64,000 bases of DNA from the human T2T-CHM13v2.0 reference genome, Homo sapiens (GCF_009914755.1 NC_060940.1), one strand, 5' to 3'. Positions 25,316 through 41,944 are shown, counted from the first letter of the stretch. The notes: a model not told the origin generated them from the sequence alone. Made by a program: numbers and translations.

Positions 25316-28300
25316 CTGATGGAATAATCCCTTTTCAGAATACAGCAGCCCATGGGACCACCTCCATGGCTCTTGGTCTTCCCTGCTCCATCCAATGGAT
25401 GTCTGTATTTGCCTCTGTTGCTAATTCCTGGTGCAATCAGATGCAACACTGGTTTCAGGTCCTATGACATGGAACATGGAAACCATGTGCAGGAATGGCC
25501 TGGGGCTTTGCTCAGATGGGGTGGCAGCACAGCAGAGCCTTTGAGCACCCTGGATTCTTGACCATAGCCATGATGCCTTGCCAGCTTCCCGGAGTCCAGA
25601 AGAGAATTCCTGTACTCCAAATTTTTCTTACTTAAGGCCTGCTAGCCCAGTTGTTAGGAGCACAGATCTGAAAATGTTCTGAAGCTGATCTCCAAATAGC
25701 AGAACCATTTCTTCTCTGCTCTACAAGGAATTCCTCTTGTTATGTCACCCGATCTCAAAGTATTAGACACCAAGGAAGTGTCCCAAGAGTGTAGGTGGAT
25801 CAATACATAGTCACAGCCCCTCCTGAACAAGAGCAATCCTTCTGCTGTTGGCCAGACTGCCATTCATGCTTCTCAAACCCTCTGAAGTTTCCTTGTGAAC
25901 AGTTAGTTTTTTTTCTGCTTAGTCTAGGACTTTCTTTCCTCTCTAGCAATTTTCCTCCATGAAGTGAAAACAGACATGGAGACACATATGCTACGGGGGC
26001 TCAATATAGCACCGTCAGTCAAACCCTGCTCTCTCCCTGCTGCAGCAAGGATATGGCTGGGCTCCCATCCTTTCCTTCCCCTTAATTGATTTCCAAATTC
26101 AGCCTCCTAGGATGGTGCCTTGGCTGGCATTCCAAGTTCAGCCTCTCAACCTTAATTTAATGCTTCTAGGGTGGTGAGAACTTATGTTTCCCACCTACTA
26201 GTTGGCATCTGGCTGATTTTCTTATCCTGAAGAATTTAGTTTCATTAATGTCAAACCTTTGTACATTGCATTTGGGCTGTCAACAGTGATGCATACTCCT
26301 GCTGTTCCCAGTCCTCCTGAAACAGAGTCCTTCACCTACTCCAGGACAGTGTTGGCATTCAGGGACCCAGTTGTGGCCCATAGCAAGACTGTCAGCCATA
26401 GGACTTGCTTCATTAAACCCAGGAGTCCCAGGGCCCGGGCTGGGATAGCTGGAGGATGCTAAAAGCAGGTTGGATAATTCAGAGTCTGCTTAATTTTGCC
26501 CAGGCAGCCTGATATGAGGTCTTGAAGTCAAGTTTTCCAGCCTTCTTCTTCCAAGATTGTGCCAGAAATTCTATACTTGGAGCAGGTTAACTTTTCAGCA
26601 CTGAGTTGGCAAATGTTTATGATTGGATTTTCACACTCCTTTCTGGACAGAGGACAATTTTTGTTGTAAAATAGAAACATAGGGATAGGAGGACCCAAGG
26701 CACCTTAGTAGGGCTGGATCTTGGAAGAATAGTGATATGATGAAACAGGTTTTGTCTTCTGTATTTTCTTACCCCTATTCTTTGTAACAAATATTGATTA
26801 TTTATTGGGAGTAACCCAAATCCCTTTAGGTATGCCAAATATCCCAGATCTCACCAGCTTCTTGGTATAAATGGGGTCATTTTGAGACAAATGTTTAGAC
26901 CATACAGGCTCATAGCTTTTGCCTCTTCCTGGTGGACCCCAGTGTTTTCAGGAGTCCTGCAGAGATGTCTCACGTGTGCTAGAATATGTGCTAACTCTTA
27001 GGTTTTTTTCACTCAAGACTTTTTTGTTTGTTTGTTTTTGAAATGTGTCTCCTGCAAACCACTTAAGGATGACAACTCTCTGCTGTACTTCTGCTGCAGT
27101 CTTCCACAACATCCCTGATTCCCTGCCACTCTGATGGGCGCATGGGCTCTTTTACAAATGTGCCGTGGTCCGTGCATTGTGCTGCTGTTGTGCCCCTCTG
27201 CTGCAATGGCAAGGAAGTCCCTTTGCCTTGCGTACATGGAACTTGGGTGCCAGGCTCCCAAAGCAGTTCTTCTTGTGCCCAGAACCTCTCAGCCAAGTGC
27301 CAATTTCTCTTCTCCCGTGAAGACTCAAGCCAACATAGACCAGTATAGCTTCTCATGTCTCAAAGCTCATGAGAAATTTACAAAAAGGATCAGTGGACCT
27401 CTGGATTTTTCTGCCTTGTGCTCAAAGCTCAGAAGGCCCTGCGTTACATTTAGGAAGGGGAGGCACAAGGAGAGGATGTGCCATGAAGCCACTGCTGAAA
27501 AGCAGACTTAGTGGTTCACACTCAGGCATGTCCATCAGTCAAGCTCTCCAAGCTGTGTTTTTTAGTGTGTTGCATAAGCCACACGTGGTGTGGAGGGAAT
27601 GGTGTTAGTTTATGCCAAATCAACAGCAGCAAAAATAATGACATCATGGACAATAATAAAATAGTCAACCAGCAACAGATGGAAGGGAAGAATTCCAGTT
27701 ATGCTAAGAAACTGTTAGTGACACAAACTGTTTGGAGTCTTAGCTGGTCAAACCAAACCCAATTCCACTAGCCAAAAAATAACAAGAATATTATCATTCA
27801 GCCAGAAACATGAGCCACTCAAATCCCCTGTCCAGAAAAACAGTCCTTTTGGGATCTGATGGGGCGGAGGGGCAAAGCAATTTCAAAGTATCACCCTCTG
27901 CTCACCATCAAAGAGCCTTGTTTGTTCACTGATGCCCAGTAAATCAGAACCAGGGAATCAGATACAAATTTCCTTTGCCTTTTGATTTCCTTTATTAATG
28001 GAACCTTTTTAGAGGTCTGTTTATACTTTTCACTTGTACAAAATCACAATACTTCACACAAAGGCAGCAGATGATACCGAAAGCTGGAGATTGGGCCGAA
28101 TTGCCTCTCTCGTAACCAGTGCTAACAGAGCCTTCTCTTGGATGTAAGGAAACTTGAATCTAATTGCAGGGTTGGTTGTTCCAATTCTGTGTAACTATAG
28201 GTTTCTTTGTCTGGGGTTTTTTCCTCCTCAAATTTAATGTTTCTCCTTGAGCTCCTGTCAGATAGCTCCTTTAGGAATCTGAGTAGAGTAACCGTTGATT

Positions 28301-28699
28301 ATTTTAAACTGAGACTGAATTTTAAGATTACAATGTTCCAGGAGTGGCGTCTCCAAGACTTGAAGTGCCTCTGTGTCCACATATCCCCCTGGATCCTCCT
28401 GTTGAGGTTTCATGTGAACCTCATATTTGTTTCATATTTGGTGTTATGTGAGCCTTCCACCTGGCCATAGGTGATTGGACAGGGACTGGCACTTGAGCTG
28501 AAAGTAGCCAATGAGTTAGCCTCATGTAAGAGTCCATCTCTACATAGGACTATGATTAATTAGACCCATTACGTTCTCCTTCTGAAAGTTTTGAATGAGA
28601 CGTTGCTCAGAGTGAGTGGGATATGTGTTCATTCTAGTAGGAATCTTGTCTGTTTTCTTTCCTAATTTATCACCATTATTGATAATAGTACCCAGCACT

Positions 28700-29062
<363 letters not shown>

Positions 29063-29184
29063 TTATGTAGAAAGATTTTTAAAAAATGAATCAACATCTC
29101 TCTCCCCATATTTTACCTTTTTCTCCTGCCACCAGGCAGCCAGGTTCTTCCTTATCTCCTCTTTTAAATTGTTATTATTCTTTT

Positions 29185-30320
29185 AAACACACTTTATTTT
29201 TTAAGGCACCTTTAGGTTTGCAGCAGAACTGAGTGGAAGATAATAGACTTCTCACATACCCCCTGCTCCCTCACATGCATAGCCTCCCTTATTATCAACA
29301 TCCCCACAGAATGGTACATTTGTTATAATTGATAAATCTACATTGACACATCATTATCATCCAAAGACCAAGTTTACATTAGGGTTCACTCTTGCTGTTG
29401 TTCATTCAATGGGTTTTGACAAATGCTTAATGACATGTATCTACCATTATAACAACATACAGAGTAGTTTCACTGGCCTAAAAATCCTGTGGGATCCAAC
29501 TGTTCCTCTCTCCCTCCCTCCCCTCAACCTCTGGCAATCCCTGATCCTTTCACTGTCTCCATCATTTTGATTTTTCCAGAATGTCATAGAGCTGGAGTCA
29601 TATAGAACACAGCCTTTTCAGGTTGGCTTGTTTTGCTTAGTAATATGCATTTAACATTCCTCCATGCTTTTTATGACTTGATAGCTCATTTCTTTTTAAT
29701 ACTGAATAACATTGAATTCTCTGGATGTACATAGATTATCCATTCACCTACTGAAGGGCGTCTTGGTTGCTTCCAAGTTTTGGCAATTATGAAGGAAGAG
29801 GCTATAAACATCTCTGTGTGGGTTTTTGTGTGGATGTTAAGTTTTCAATCCATTTGAGTAAATATACCAAAGAGTGCAATTTCTGGATCATATTGTAAGG
29901 GTATGTGTAGTTTTGTAAGAAACCTCCAAAGTGTCTTCCAAAGTGCCTGTACCATTTTGCATTCCTGTTAGCAATGAATGAAAATTCCTGTTGCTCCGCA
30001 TCCTCACCAGCATTTGGTGTTTTCAGTGTTTTGGATTTTGGCCATTCTAATAGGTGTGTAGTGATGTGTCATGATTGTCTGAATTTGCAGCTTCCTAATA
30101 ACATATGATGGTGAGCATCTTTTCTTATGCTTATTTGCTATCTGTATATCTTTGTGAGGTGCCTGTTCAGGTCTTTTGCTCATTTTAAATTGGGTTGTTT
30201 GTTGTCTTATTTTTGAGTTTTAAGGATTTTTTGCATATTTTAGATGCTAGACCTTTATGAGATATGTCTTTTGCAAATCTTTTCTCTCATTCTGTGGCTT
30301 ATCTTCTCACTCTTGATTCT
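29185..30320 (-). mobile_element. L1MC-type 3' fragment
   Basis: tttacattagggttcactcttg...tccattcacctactgaagg...catcctcaccagcatttgg. Confidence 0.85.
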
Positions 30321-30359
30321 CTCTGCATTTTTCTGACTTTTTGCCTGGGCAAAAAAGAT

Positions 30360-30585
30360 GGGCAGTGTGGTACAGTATTTAAGTGTTCAGATTCTGGAGC
30401 CATCTGCCTGAGTGTGAGTCCTGATTTTGCCACTTGTTCAAGCAATTGATCATACCATCTGATTCTCAATTTTCTCATCTGTGAAATGGAGAGAATATTA
30501 CTGCCACCCTATAGAGTTGTTATGAGAAGTTAGAATGGTCCCAACGTGTAGTTAGTAAGCACTGTATAAATGGTAGTCATTATTT
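30360..30585 (+). mobile_element. MIR SINE
   Basis: ggcagtgtggtacagt...ctcaattttctcatctgtgaaatgg. Confidence 0.8.
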
Positions 30586-31332
30586 TTGGGATTATCTCTT
30601 TTTTGCGTTGTTTGGACTCAGTCACTAATTGGTTCTTGTCTTCTACCAATCCTTTCTTTACTCACACCATTGAAGGCACACTGGCCTCTACCCCCACCTC
30701 AGGGTGTCTGTCCTTCTGTTTCCTCCTTTTGAAGTGCTTTCCTCCCAATATACTTGTGTCTTGCTCTTTCATCTCGTTGTTCAGTATTTTTAGCTGTCAT
30801 AAACAGAAGCAGTCTAAAGGTGATGGGGTTTCCTATCTTTGGTAGAAATCTCTGTCCATTGATGCTAGCTATCTCAGAGGGAAGAGGAGCTTTGTAGGAG
30901 CAGAGAGGGAGGAGGAGAGGTTCCTTGAGACTGAGAGGGAAAGGAGTCTGTATGTTCAGAGAGTGATGGAGACTGAGCCTTGCTCTCTGGGAATGTTCCT
31001 GGAAGGTGGCAAGATCTCAAGGGAAAGCTGCCCCCAGAAAGACTGGGGGACCTGGGTCCGCCAAGGATCTCCAGGCCCCAAGCATGACCTATACACTGCA
31101 GAACCACTTGGATTGAAGTCACCATGTAGACTGAAGCAGAGTGTACACTGGTGACAGCCAAGTGGACTGAGGTTTGGGTAGACACTTTCTATTGCCTACT
31201 GTGACATGAAACTCTATTTACTCTGCATCTGACAGAGTAACTGAGGCTAAACTTCATGCAAGTTCATAGGGATGGTGGCTCAAAGCCAGAGGGACTTTGA
31301 CTAATGCAATCTGAGTCATAGCACCAGAATTA

Positions 31333-31847
31333 TGTTATCAAACACCAGATGTTTGCCCAAGATCCAGTTGTTTGCTGCACAGAAAGCCAATCATAGAGAC
31401 AATAAGCATTACAAGGGAAGATTTTTTAACATGGGTGATGTCACCCAGGAGACAGGAGAGAAATCCCAAATCCATCACCCCATCTGACTAAAATTTGGGG
31501 TTTATACAGCAGGGAATAAATGTAACTACATGTGGGAAAATAGGAACTAGGGAGGGGGTAAGGAAGAGTCATAGTCAACAGGAACTAGTGTAGGAAAATA
31601 TGAATTAGGGAGGAATTGATAGCAGTTGGTTGGTTAGGCAATCATGACAGATGAGTGGTCTGGTGTCTCATTGCAGTGACCTGGTAAGTTTCAGTTTCTT
31701 GATACTACCTCATGGTCAGTTTCCTGAGAAAGGAACTCAGATAAGGTAAATGGAAGTTTCTCAAGTTTTAAGACTGGGAATGTCAATTTCTACATTTATT
31801 TAAAGAACCATAAATATCAGTTCTATGGGATAATTGGGCTGGTTTTA
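31333..31847 (-). mobile_element. ERV1 solo LTR (MER34/MER39-like)
   Basis: tgttatc...agaaagccaatca...tcctgagaaaggaactcagataag...atcagttctatgggataattgggctggtttta. Confidence 0.72.
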
Positions 31848-33161
31848 TAAAGAAAGTGATATTTCTTTCACCTTGAGTTTGGACTTTAGAATTATACACA
31901 AAATAAATATTTCCAAGTTCATCCTTGCTCACTGTAATTTGAGAGACTCTAGTTACTGGTAAGGTTACCATTTAGACACGTTCCAGTCGTTCTTGTCCCT
32001 GTGTCTTTCCCCCCTCACCCTGCCCTTTCTAACCTTTCAGGTATTGGAAGTGAGTTCCCTTCTGAGACCACACTTTTGAATTGCTCATATACCTGCTTGT
32101 TTACTGTGACATCCAGTTGTATGTGTTGATTACTTCAGCCTCCCCGACCAAACTATAGGATGAACCTTGAGCAAGAAATAAACTTTTGTTTTATTTTTTT
32201 TTTAATCTCACAAGAATGGCTGAAATTTGTTGTTTTAAATGAGTGACATTAGGTGTGTTTGTTGTCCTACCCTCAACAACCTTATCCTGAGCGATACCTA
32301 CATTAAATCCTTAAAAACACTGTCGCCAAACTGTTGAAACCAAAGGAAGTGTTCAAAACATTGGAAATGGCATATCTTTACAGACAAAATATTTTGCCTT
32401 AGCAAACATGTGGAGAAGGAAGTGGATGTTGCTATATTTAGAGCACAAAGCAAATGTGTTGTTTTGGAGTATTCAGGCAGATAAACATGTTCAAAATGTT
32501 CCACCTATTGCCTGGTTAGAAATACCAATACAGCATAAAAGTTCACAGTATTTCCTTCTACATGTTGTATACACACACCTATACACCGATACCATATACT
32601 GTAGAGCTAAGGGCTGTTTGGTTGCTAGAAACAATAAGTATTTAATTAAATTCACAGAAGTTAGAGATCAAACTATGGCAGGATGAAGGCAAGACACACA
32701 CCTAGCTCTTGTGACTCCGTATCATCTCCTGTTCATTTGAGTCTCGCATGGTTTTGCAAAATTATAAAGTGTTTTCAGATTCTCTTCCTTCATCACATTT
32801 GATAGAATGTTCACAGATTTTGTGTATCAATTCCTTGTTGAATTTTCACTGTTTTACTATCATCTGTTTTATTCCCTCATTCTCTTTGGTTATATATTTT
32901 ACCCTTCTGAACAGTTTCTCCTAATTATGATACAATTTTTAGCTTTTGTATTTTTGTTACCTAATTTCAGAATCTCTAAAAAGGATGAACTTAGGAGTTG
33001 AGTTGGAAGGGAGGTTTGGGCTAAAGGGACATTTCCTTACCTAAGAATGAGAAAACATCAGTTGTCCATATCAAGGGATGGGAGATTTGCTAATGGAGAT
33101 TATGGGGGAACAAACTATTCCCCACTCCAGAACCAACCTTGGCACCACAACTGCCATAAAC

Positions 33162-33801
<640 letters not shown>

Positions 33802-34105
33802 AGAATGTTTATTCTAAAGGCAATGATTTCCTCAACTTTCTACTTTGTCTTCTTTTAAACAAGACTCTCATACAATCTCTTTTGAAATCACTACAATCAG
33901 GGAGAAAAATTGTTTGATGTCTGACCAGTTAATAATGAGACTCTGGACAAATTGTTCAGCTCCTTAGATGGACAATAATCATATGACTTCATTGAATTAC
34001 TATGAAGATTATATAAAATCATATCTGGGAATGGCTTATGGGGTGAGGGCATATGGGGTGAGAACCCTTACGTCTGTTCTTTCCTTGCAGCTAATGGGGA
34101 GGTAG

Positions 34106-34945
<840 letters not shown>

Positions 34946-35284
34946 GCAGCATGACCTAGTAGGTGTTCATGCTCTAAAGTCACATAGCTGGGTTCAAATC
35001 CTAAACTCTGCCTCTTGCCAGCTTTGTATAAACAGGATGTGGGGGTGCAAATTACTTCAATTCTCAAACCTCACTTGCAGTGTCTACAAAATAAATAAAT
35101 AAATAAATAAAATGAAATCTGATACAGTGTGAGGATTAAATGAAATATTGAGTCTATAGCACTTGGTATTGTAAGTGCTATATACTCAAGAAATGGCACG
35201 TTTTGTTAACTTCATTAGAAACAAGTATCTCTTTTCAGTCCAGTCCTGTGTCATCATTGTCTTCATCATCATCATCATCATTGT

Positions 35285-35593
35285 CATCTTTGTTTTTTAG
35301 AGATCGGATCTCTTTCTCTGTCTCCCAGGCTGAAGTGCAGTGCTGTGATCATAACTCATTGCAGCCTCGAACTCCTGGGCTCAAGCGAATCCTCCTGCAT
35401 CAGCCCTTGAGGGTTCAGGACTCTCAGCCCTTGAGGTGCTGGGACTGCAGATGTGCACCTTCATGCCTAGCTAAGTTTTTATTTTGTAGAGATGAGGTCT
35501 TAGTTGTGCAGGCTGGTCTTGAAAGTCTGACCTCAGGCAATCCTCCAGTCTCCTGAAGAGCTGGGATTACGAAGATGAGCCACTGTACCCAGC
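35285..35593 (-). mobile_element. AluJ
   Basis: Diverged J-type dimer with an internal cagcccttgagg duplication. Confidence 0.88.
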
Positions 35594-35611
35594 TTTGTAT
35601 CTTCTAATAGA

Positions 35612-35926
35612 AGCTCGCAATCCTTGATTGGAAACCCTTGGGGACACATGTTTTAAAATTCAGAATGTTATGGAAATTAGAAAGGTAATGTGGAGCATAA
35701 ACTATACATTCCACAACATCCCACTTTCAGTGGGGTCTGCAGTAGCACTTCCTGGTCAGCTCATTACTGCCGTTAAATATGTGGATGTTCATGCTAGGTG
35801 GGATGTGAGATAAATAAAGGACATAAATAGCCTCATTTCAGTTCTGGTCAAGTTTTGTTGCCAAATGAATTTGTGCCAACCTTAATTTTAAAAAATTTGG
35901 TTTCCAGAGCTTTTGGGAATTCAGAA
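35612..35926. mobile_element. MER46C-like TcMar-Tigger element
   Basis: gaaacccttgggg...aattcagaat...tagaaaggtaat...taaatagcctca...cagagctttt. Confidence 0.65.
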
Positions 35927-36135
35927 ACCCATGCAGTCATTAAAAATTCTCCTGTTCTGTGTATTTAAGCTATTTCTAGTGCTTGTTTCTGCTTTAAGCT
36001 GTGCTTCTCCTACATCTCTGTGTTTCAGTCAACCTTTCAAAGCTTTCTTTGGACTCAACTCTCCTCCTTTGACTTCCTGTGTTTTACTTTCCCCTCTCAT
36101 CTCTGTCTCTATTCTTTACCCCCTTCTGGACTTCT

Positions 36136-36400
36136 TCTCTTTCGGGAGTTCACACACTACTGGCATGAAGACTGTTTTCATTTTCTTTGTTTTTTCCCTC
36201 TGCTACATTGTCTCTAGATTCTCATGCCTCTCTCTCTCCTCCTCTGTGGATTTCAGAGTCTTGCTTGTGCAGTGAGGGCTCCCTGCCTCTGTTCTTGTCT
36301 AAGTATCATCTCCCATTTGATATACCCTTTTATTTCTGGTGAAGATATTTTATTTTTCATGAAAACATCATTGTACAATGCTCTATAGAGGAAGAAAATT
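36136..36400 (+). repeat. Local duplication B, copy 1
   Basis: Aligns to 41684-41944; exact 38-mer acacactactggcatgaagactgttttcattttctttg. Confidence 0.95.
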
Positions 36401-36784
36401 TCCTTTAATGTCCCCCAAATGCTATGTGGTTTAATAGTCATCTTCCTTTAAAAAACTGAATATGTAATTGATAATAACAACTGATTTCTTGTGAAATATA
36501 GCATTTATGTTTTAAAAATTTATTTGCCTTTATTTTAACTAAAGGCAAGTCCAGTTTAAACCTGTACTTTTTGCAGTTAGCCAAATCAAAGCTATCATAA
36601 TTCAAAGACAATAAAATAAAGTGCTAAATGGTGGTGCTGATTCTTTGTTTCTGCCCTTTCATTCATTGGTGGTGGCGCTTGGCTCCCACCCTAACGACCT
36701 TACCACCCTCTTTCTCCTTTTAATTTCTTCATCTCTTCCAGATATACCTCTTTGTTCATGCTTTCTTTTACAATGCCAATATCA

Positions 36785-36985
36785 TTATGATAATTTATTG
36801 AGCTCTTACTGTGTACTAAGCACTTTACATGGATCATTTAGTTTCATCCTTTCAGTACTCCATGAGGCAGGGTAAGGACTCTCTTAATCCTCATATTTCA
36901 GATGAGAAAATTCAGGCTGAGAGATAAAGTGACTTGCTCAAGATTACACAGCTAGTCAGTAGCAGAAATGGAATTCAAACACTAT
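36785..36985 (-). mobile_element. MIR SINE
   Basis: atttattgagctcttactgtgtactaagcact...cagatgagaaaattcaggctgagag. Confidence 0.85.
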
Positions 36986-37407
36986 TGCATTAAATTTTTG
37001 CATTAATCCTTGTTGCATTAAACTGATTCCAAAGCTTATGATTTCAGTCACTATGCCTTTATTTCCTCCATTGCAGCAGATACTGCCATTCCTGTTATTG
37101 AATTCATCTTCTCTTTCTCGATTTTTACAGCGTCTTAAATCTGACTCATCTCTGCTGCCCTCTTTTCAGCATGCCATTATCTTAGGTGGTTTGTCCACAT
37201 TTACCCATTTCCATGGTTGAATTGTTGGTCCTTATCTTTTCCCAATGGCACATTGAGATTATTTTATAATCACCACATACTCATGGTGGACTATAGGACC
37301 AATCCCAATTTCAAATATTCTTGTTCTCACAAACCACTGAAGCATCCTGGAAATAAGATGCTGGTCAGCAGAAAGAGCATCTGCTTCCTCTGTTGCTAGA
37401 CACCTGC

Positions 37408-37467
37408 CCATTCAAAGTCATGTCTTGGCAGAAGGCACCATTCAAAGTCATGTCTTGACAAAATGGC
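37408..37467 (+). repeat. 30-bp tandem duplication
   Basis: ccattcaaagtcatgtcttg occurs twice, 30 bp apart. Confidence 0.9.
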
Positions 37468-37705
37468 TTCATGTCATAAAGCCATGGTATCTGTGTTACC
37501 TTTCGGGTATCCGTGAATAATTGAACCTATGTTTGTTATATTAGTTAGACTTGCTGTGCAGCAGTAAACCAAATTGCCACATTTCTAATTTAATGTAACA
37601 AAGACATATGTCTCTTTCACCTCAAAGTCAGAGGTGGTTTAGGAGTCTCCTTGGCTTTTCTCCTTGAACAGTGACTCAGGGATCTGGGATGTTTCCATTG
37701 TGTAA

Positions 37706-38074
<369 letters not shown>

Positions 38075-38958
38075 TAGGAGAGTGGGTGGGACCTATTCAC
38101 AGACGCTTACCCACAAAGAACAGTCATTATCATGACTACAAAGACATATTCATTGAGATGATTTGTCCAAGGTCTTCCAAGTTAGTAAGTGGTAGATTCA
38201 GAAGTAACTACCTTGACTCTTTTTTCCATGATAAGTTTTAGTAACTAGGGATATTTTATCTGTGTTAATCCTTCCTGGCTTGATTTATTTAATTCACAAT
38301 GAGTTATTGGATTTTTTTTCTTTTTTTCTTTTCTAATAATTCTGCCAAAAGTTCCAGGGAGGGTTCCCTTGGGTAGGCTTGGGCCATATGTCCATCTATC
38401 CTCAAACCAATCACTCTGGCCATGACAATATGGCATTCTGTTTGGTCAGGTCAGTGTTGTGCATCTGATTCTAGAGAGGAGGAAATGGATTATGGGGCAC
38501 CTTCACCTCTACCATATGTGGTGGGAACAGTGGAGAGCTGTCTCCCAAAATAAAGCCAGGATGCTGTTATTAAAAGAAAAAGTAGCAGATGTCAGGCAGT
38601 CAAATCAAGAGAAGGACTATCAAGTTGAACAACTGAATGAAGAAGGAAATATAAAGGAGAATTAGTGACTAAGGAAATTAATCAATGAGAAAATAAATGA
38701 ACAAATGATGCTTCTTTGATGGCAGATGAGGGAATCCTCCCAAATGGGGAAAAGTGAATTAAAGGCAAGCTGATGCCACACTGAACATAGGTTTTGAATG
38801 TTGCATTGTTTTGTGGTAGGTTCATCTTGGTTAAGGTGAATCTTGGAGGGTCCAGAAACTTTTTGGTACAAAAATGATTATGTGTTCCCTGTGCACCTTT
38901 GACTTTTCTCAATCTCACTGGAGTGGGAGCAGCTTTCAGCTGTTGACCTGCTACCCTC

Positions 38959-39404
38959 TGTCTTAGTCCACCTTGTGTTGCTATAATGGAATATCTGAGA
39001 TTGGGCAATTTATAAAGAAAAGATGATTATTTGGCTTATGATCCTGGTGGCTGGAAAGTCTAAAATTAGGCATCTGCATCTGGTGAGGGCTTCAGACTGC
39101 TTCAACTCATGGTGGAAAGTGGAGGGGGAGTGGGTGTATGCAAAGAGATTACATGGTGAGAGAGAGAGCAAGAGAGAGAAACCAAGGAGGCCAGGCTCTT
39201 TTTAACAACCCACTCTCAGATGAGCTAATCCATTCCTGAGAGAGTAGGAGCTTACTCATTCTTGAGAGAGACATTAATCTATTCACAGGAGATCCATCCC
39301 CGTGAACAAACACCTCCCATTAGGCCCCACTTCCTGATACTGCCCCACGGGGGATCAAATTTCAATGTGAGTTGAGGGAGACTAACCACATCCAAACCAC
39401 AGCA
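38959..39404 (-). mobile_element. MST-family MaLR solo LTR
   Basis: tgtcttagtcc...ttgctataatggaatatctgagattgggcaatttataaag...aaacacctcccattaggcccc...catccaaaccacagca. Confidence 0.9.
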
Positions 39405-41683
39405 GCCCCACAAAAGAAACTCCATAAAGGGAAGGTAGTTTCTTCCTCCCCATCCCCAAGCCTTAACCTCTCTCCTACAATTTCTGTAGGCCTCCCCCTC
39501 CTCCTTGGAGAATGTGTTCCTATCAGCCGAGCTGAAAAACAGCCAGGAGGCTCATCTGCGTTCGCCTCCGTAGGCAAAGTGACTTCTGCAACACCAAGCC
39601 TAGAGTGAGTTTATCTCTCCCTGAGTCAAAGAGATTTTGTCTATAGGCCTTTCTGCTGTGTTCCTCCAGAGAGAGGTAAACTGCCCTTAAGTAATTGCTG
39701 AAGAAGGCATAAACCAGGGAAATTTGATTTGAGCATGCAATTTGAATCGGGAAATGCTCATATAAATAACCGGAGCAGCTGAATGCGGCGCGTTTGTGCT
39801 TTATAGATTTTTTTTTTTTTTTTTTTTTTTTAATCTCAGGGTCTTCAGAATACAAGTTCTGCTGCAGCAGCTTAAACCACCTCAGGTCTTTGCACTTTGG
39901 CCTTGTCCTAGTTTGGTACTGTTAACTGCCAGGCTAGAGTCTGGCTAAGTTGAAGTTGTCTTATTTATCTGTATCTTTGGAAAGAAAAAAAAATTGCTTG
40001 AACACCCAAACAACATTATATCATAGAACAGCAACACAGTCTTTAAAAAAACAAACACTTTTGAACCAAGAAGGAGTTTGGAGTCATTTAGTTCAACTTC
40101 CCCAATGATGGAATAAGGAATTCAGAGATGGTAAGTCACTTTCTGGGTTAACTAAGATTTTGGAAGTATCATAATCAGCTTTTGCTGCAGCAAAAAACAA
40201 TTCCTAAATCCAAGAGCTGTAGGTTTCTAGCTTATATTATATCTGTGCCAAAGGTCACCCATGGCTCTCCTGGGCTGGGCTGAGCTCTCTCCTCTTGTAT
40301 TCTCAAGGAGCAGCCACTCTTGGCGGCATGCTACTCTCATGATAGATGACAGAGGCTGAAGAGCACAGAACCAAATTTCAGGAGTTCATTTATAGCTACT
40401 GATTGGATATGGTGATTGTCATATCTGTTCACATTCCATCAGTCAAAACACGTCCCTTGGCTGCCAAGCCCAATGGCAATAGGGCAGGGATGGGAAGCAT
40501 GGCTAGAGTGGATAGGGTGCAAGTCATTGTGAGCAAGTGATACAGTCCACCACTGGAGAGTGGAGAAACTCTTGCAGTGATGAACGTCCAAGAAGAAATG
40601 TGAAAACTGAGAAAGTCTTTGATGTTTCCTGAATCCACTTATTCTTTTAGTGTTACTGATGTTAATGAATAACCACATTCACCCAGTGATGTAAGCTTAA
40701 TATGTGGGTGTCATTCCAGATCCTCCCTCATCTCTGCTTGTTACATCCAATAATCAACCAAACTCTTTCCTTATCAGTACTTACCAAACATGCCTCAAAT
40801 TTCCCCCTTCTTTTCACACTTCATTTCCCAGGTATTTTGCCTACAGGCTCTTTCCCTCCAATCCATGCACTGCACCATGGCCAGAGCCACTTCCTCTCAT
40901 CCTATCTAGGCCACTTTCTTGGGTAAAGTCCTTCCACACTTATAAGGATAAAATGCCATTCTTCTAATGTCGCCTTAAACATTCAGTTCCTGCTACTCCC
41001 TCCCCACCTACAGCTGGCCCTGGGTTCAATATTTACTCATCTAAGAGCAGCCAGTTTGAATATTAACCAGGTCAGTATGGAAGCAGGACTTGGGACATGC
41101 TCCAGTCTCTGCTGGGATTTGCTAAGTAGGTGAGAACTAAATAAGAATTGATTATAAGTCTCAGAAGGATGGGAGGAGGAAAGCCAAGCTTCTATAATCA
41201 ATTCTTTGTTTATAGAGGAGGTGATCCTTCATTTTCTCTGAGGGCTCAGCAGAATAATGGACTTCTTTTTTCCCAACACTAGGGTCCAGAAAATATTACT
41301 CGTCACCTCCTACAATGTAAGCCCCATTGAGTATCCCAGGATTCTGTGATGATTTAACTATGAATCACCCACTCCCAGGTATTGGAGAGTTGACTCTTGC
41401 TTTGATTTCACTGAGATTTGGGATCATCCTGGCCGTCTTTCCTCCATCCTCTATTAATGAGTCACTGGACTATGCTGGAATTAGCTGGATATTCCACATT
41501 GTTTATCAGTGGCTGTGTGCTTTTGTGGCATGTTCAACCATTCTTTGTGGCTATAATGCATTTTATGCTCCAATCCATAAGTCCTTTACCCCTCATCCTG
41601 ATTTTGATTTACTCCTCTTGTTAATCTAGAAAACTGCTATTCAATATCATGAGCCTGGCTCACAGCATCTCTTCATTGAAAGC

Positions 41684-41944
41684 TCTCTTTCTGGAGTTTA
41701 CACACTACTGGCATGAAGACTGTTTTCATTTTCTTTGGTTTTTCCCTCTGCTACATTTTCTCTAGGTTCTCAAGCCTCTCTCTCTCCTCCTCTTTGGGTT
41801 TCAGAGTCTTGCTTCTGCAGTGAGGGCTCCCTGCCTCTGTTCTTGTGTGAGTATCATCTCCTATCTGATATGTGCGTTTCTGGTGAAGCTATTTTATTTT
41901 TCCTAAAAACACCATTGTACAATGTTCTTTAGAGGAAGGAAGTT
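41684..41944 (+). repeat. Local duplication B, copy 2
   Basis: Direct copy of 36136-36400. Confidence 0.95.

Noticed and set aside
27013-27771. Cluster of overlapping ORFs in non-repeat DNA
   Set aside because: No recognisable domain and no convincing exon boundaries; ORFs open in many frames fit chance.
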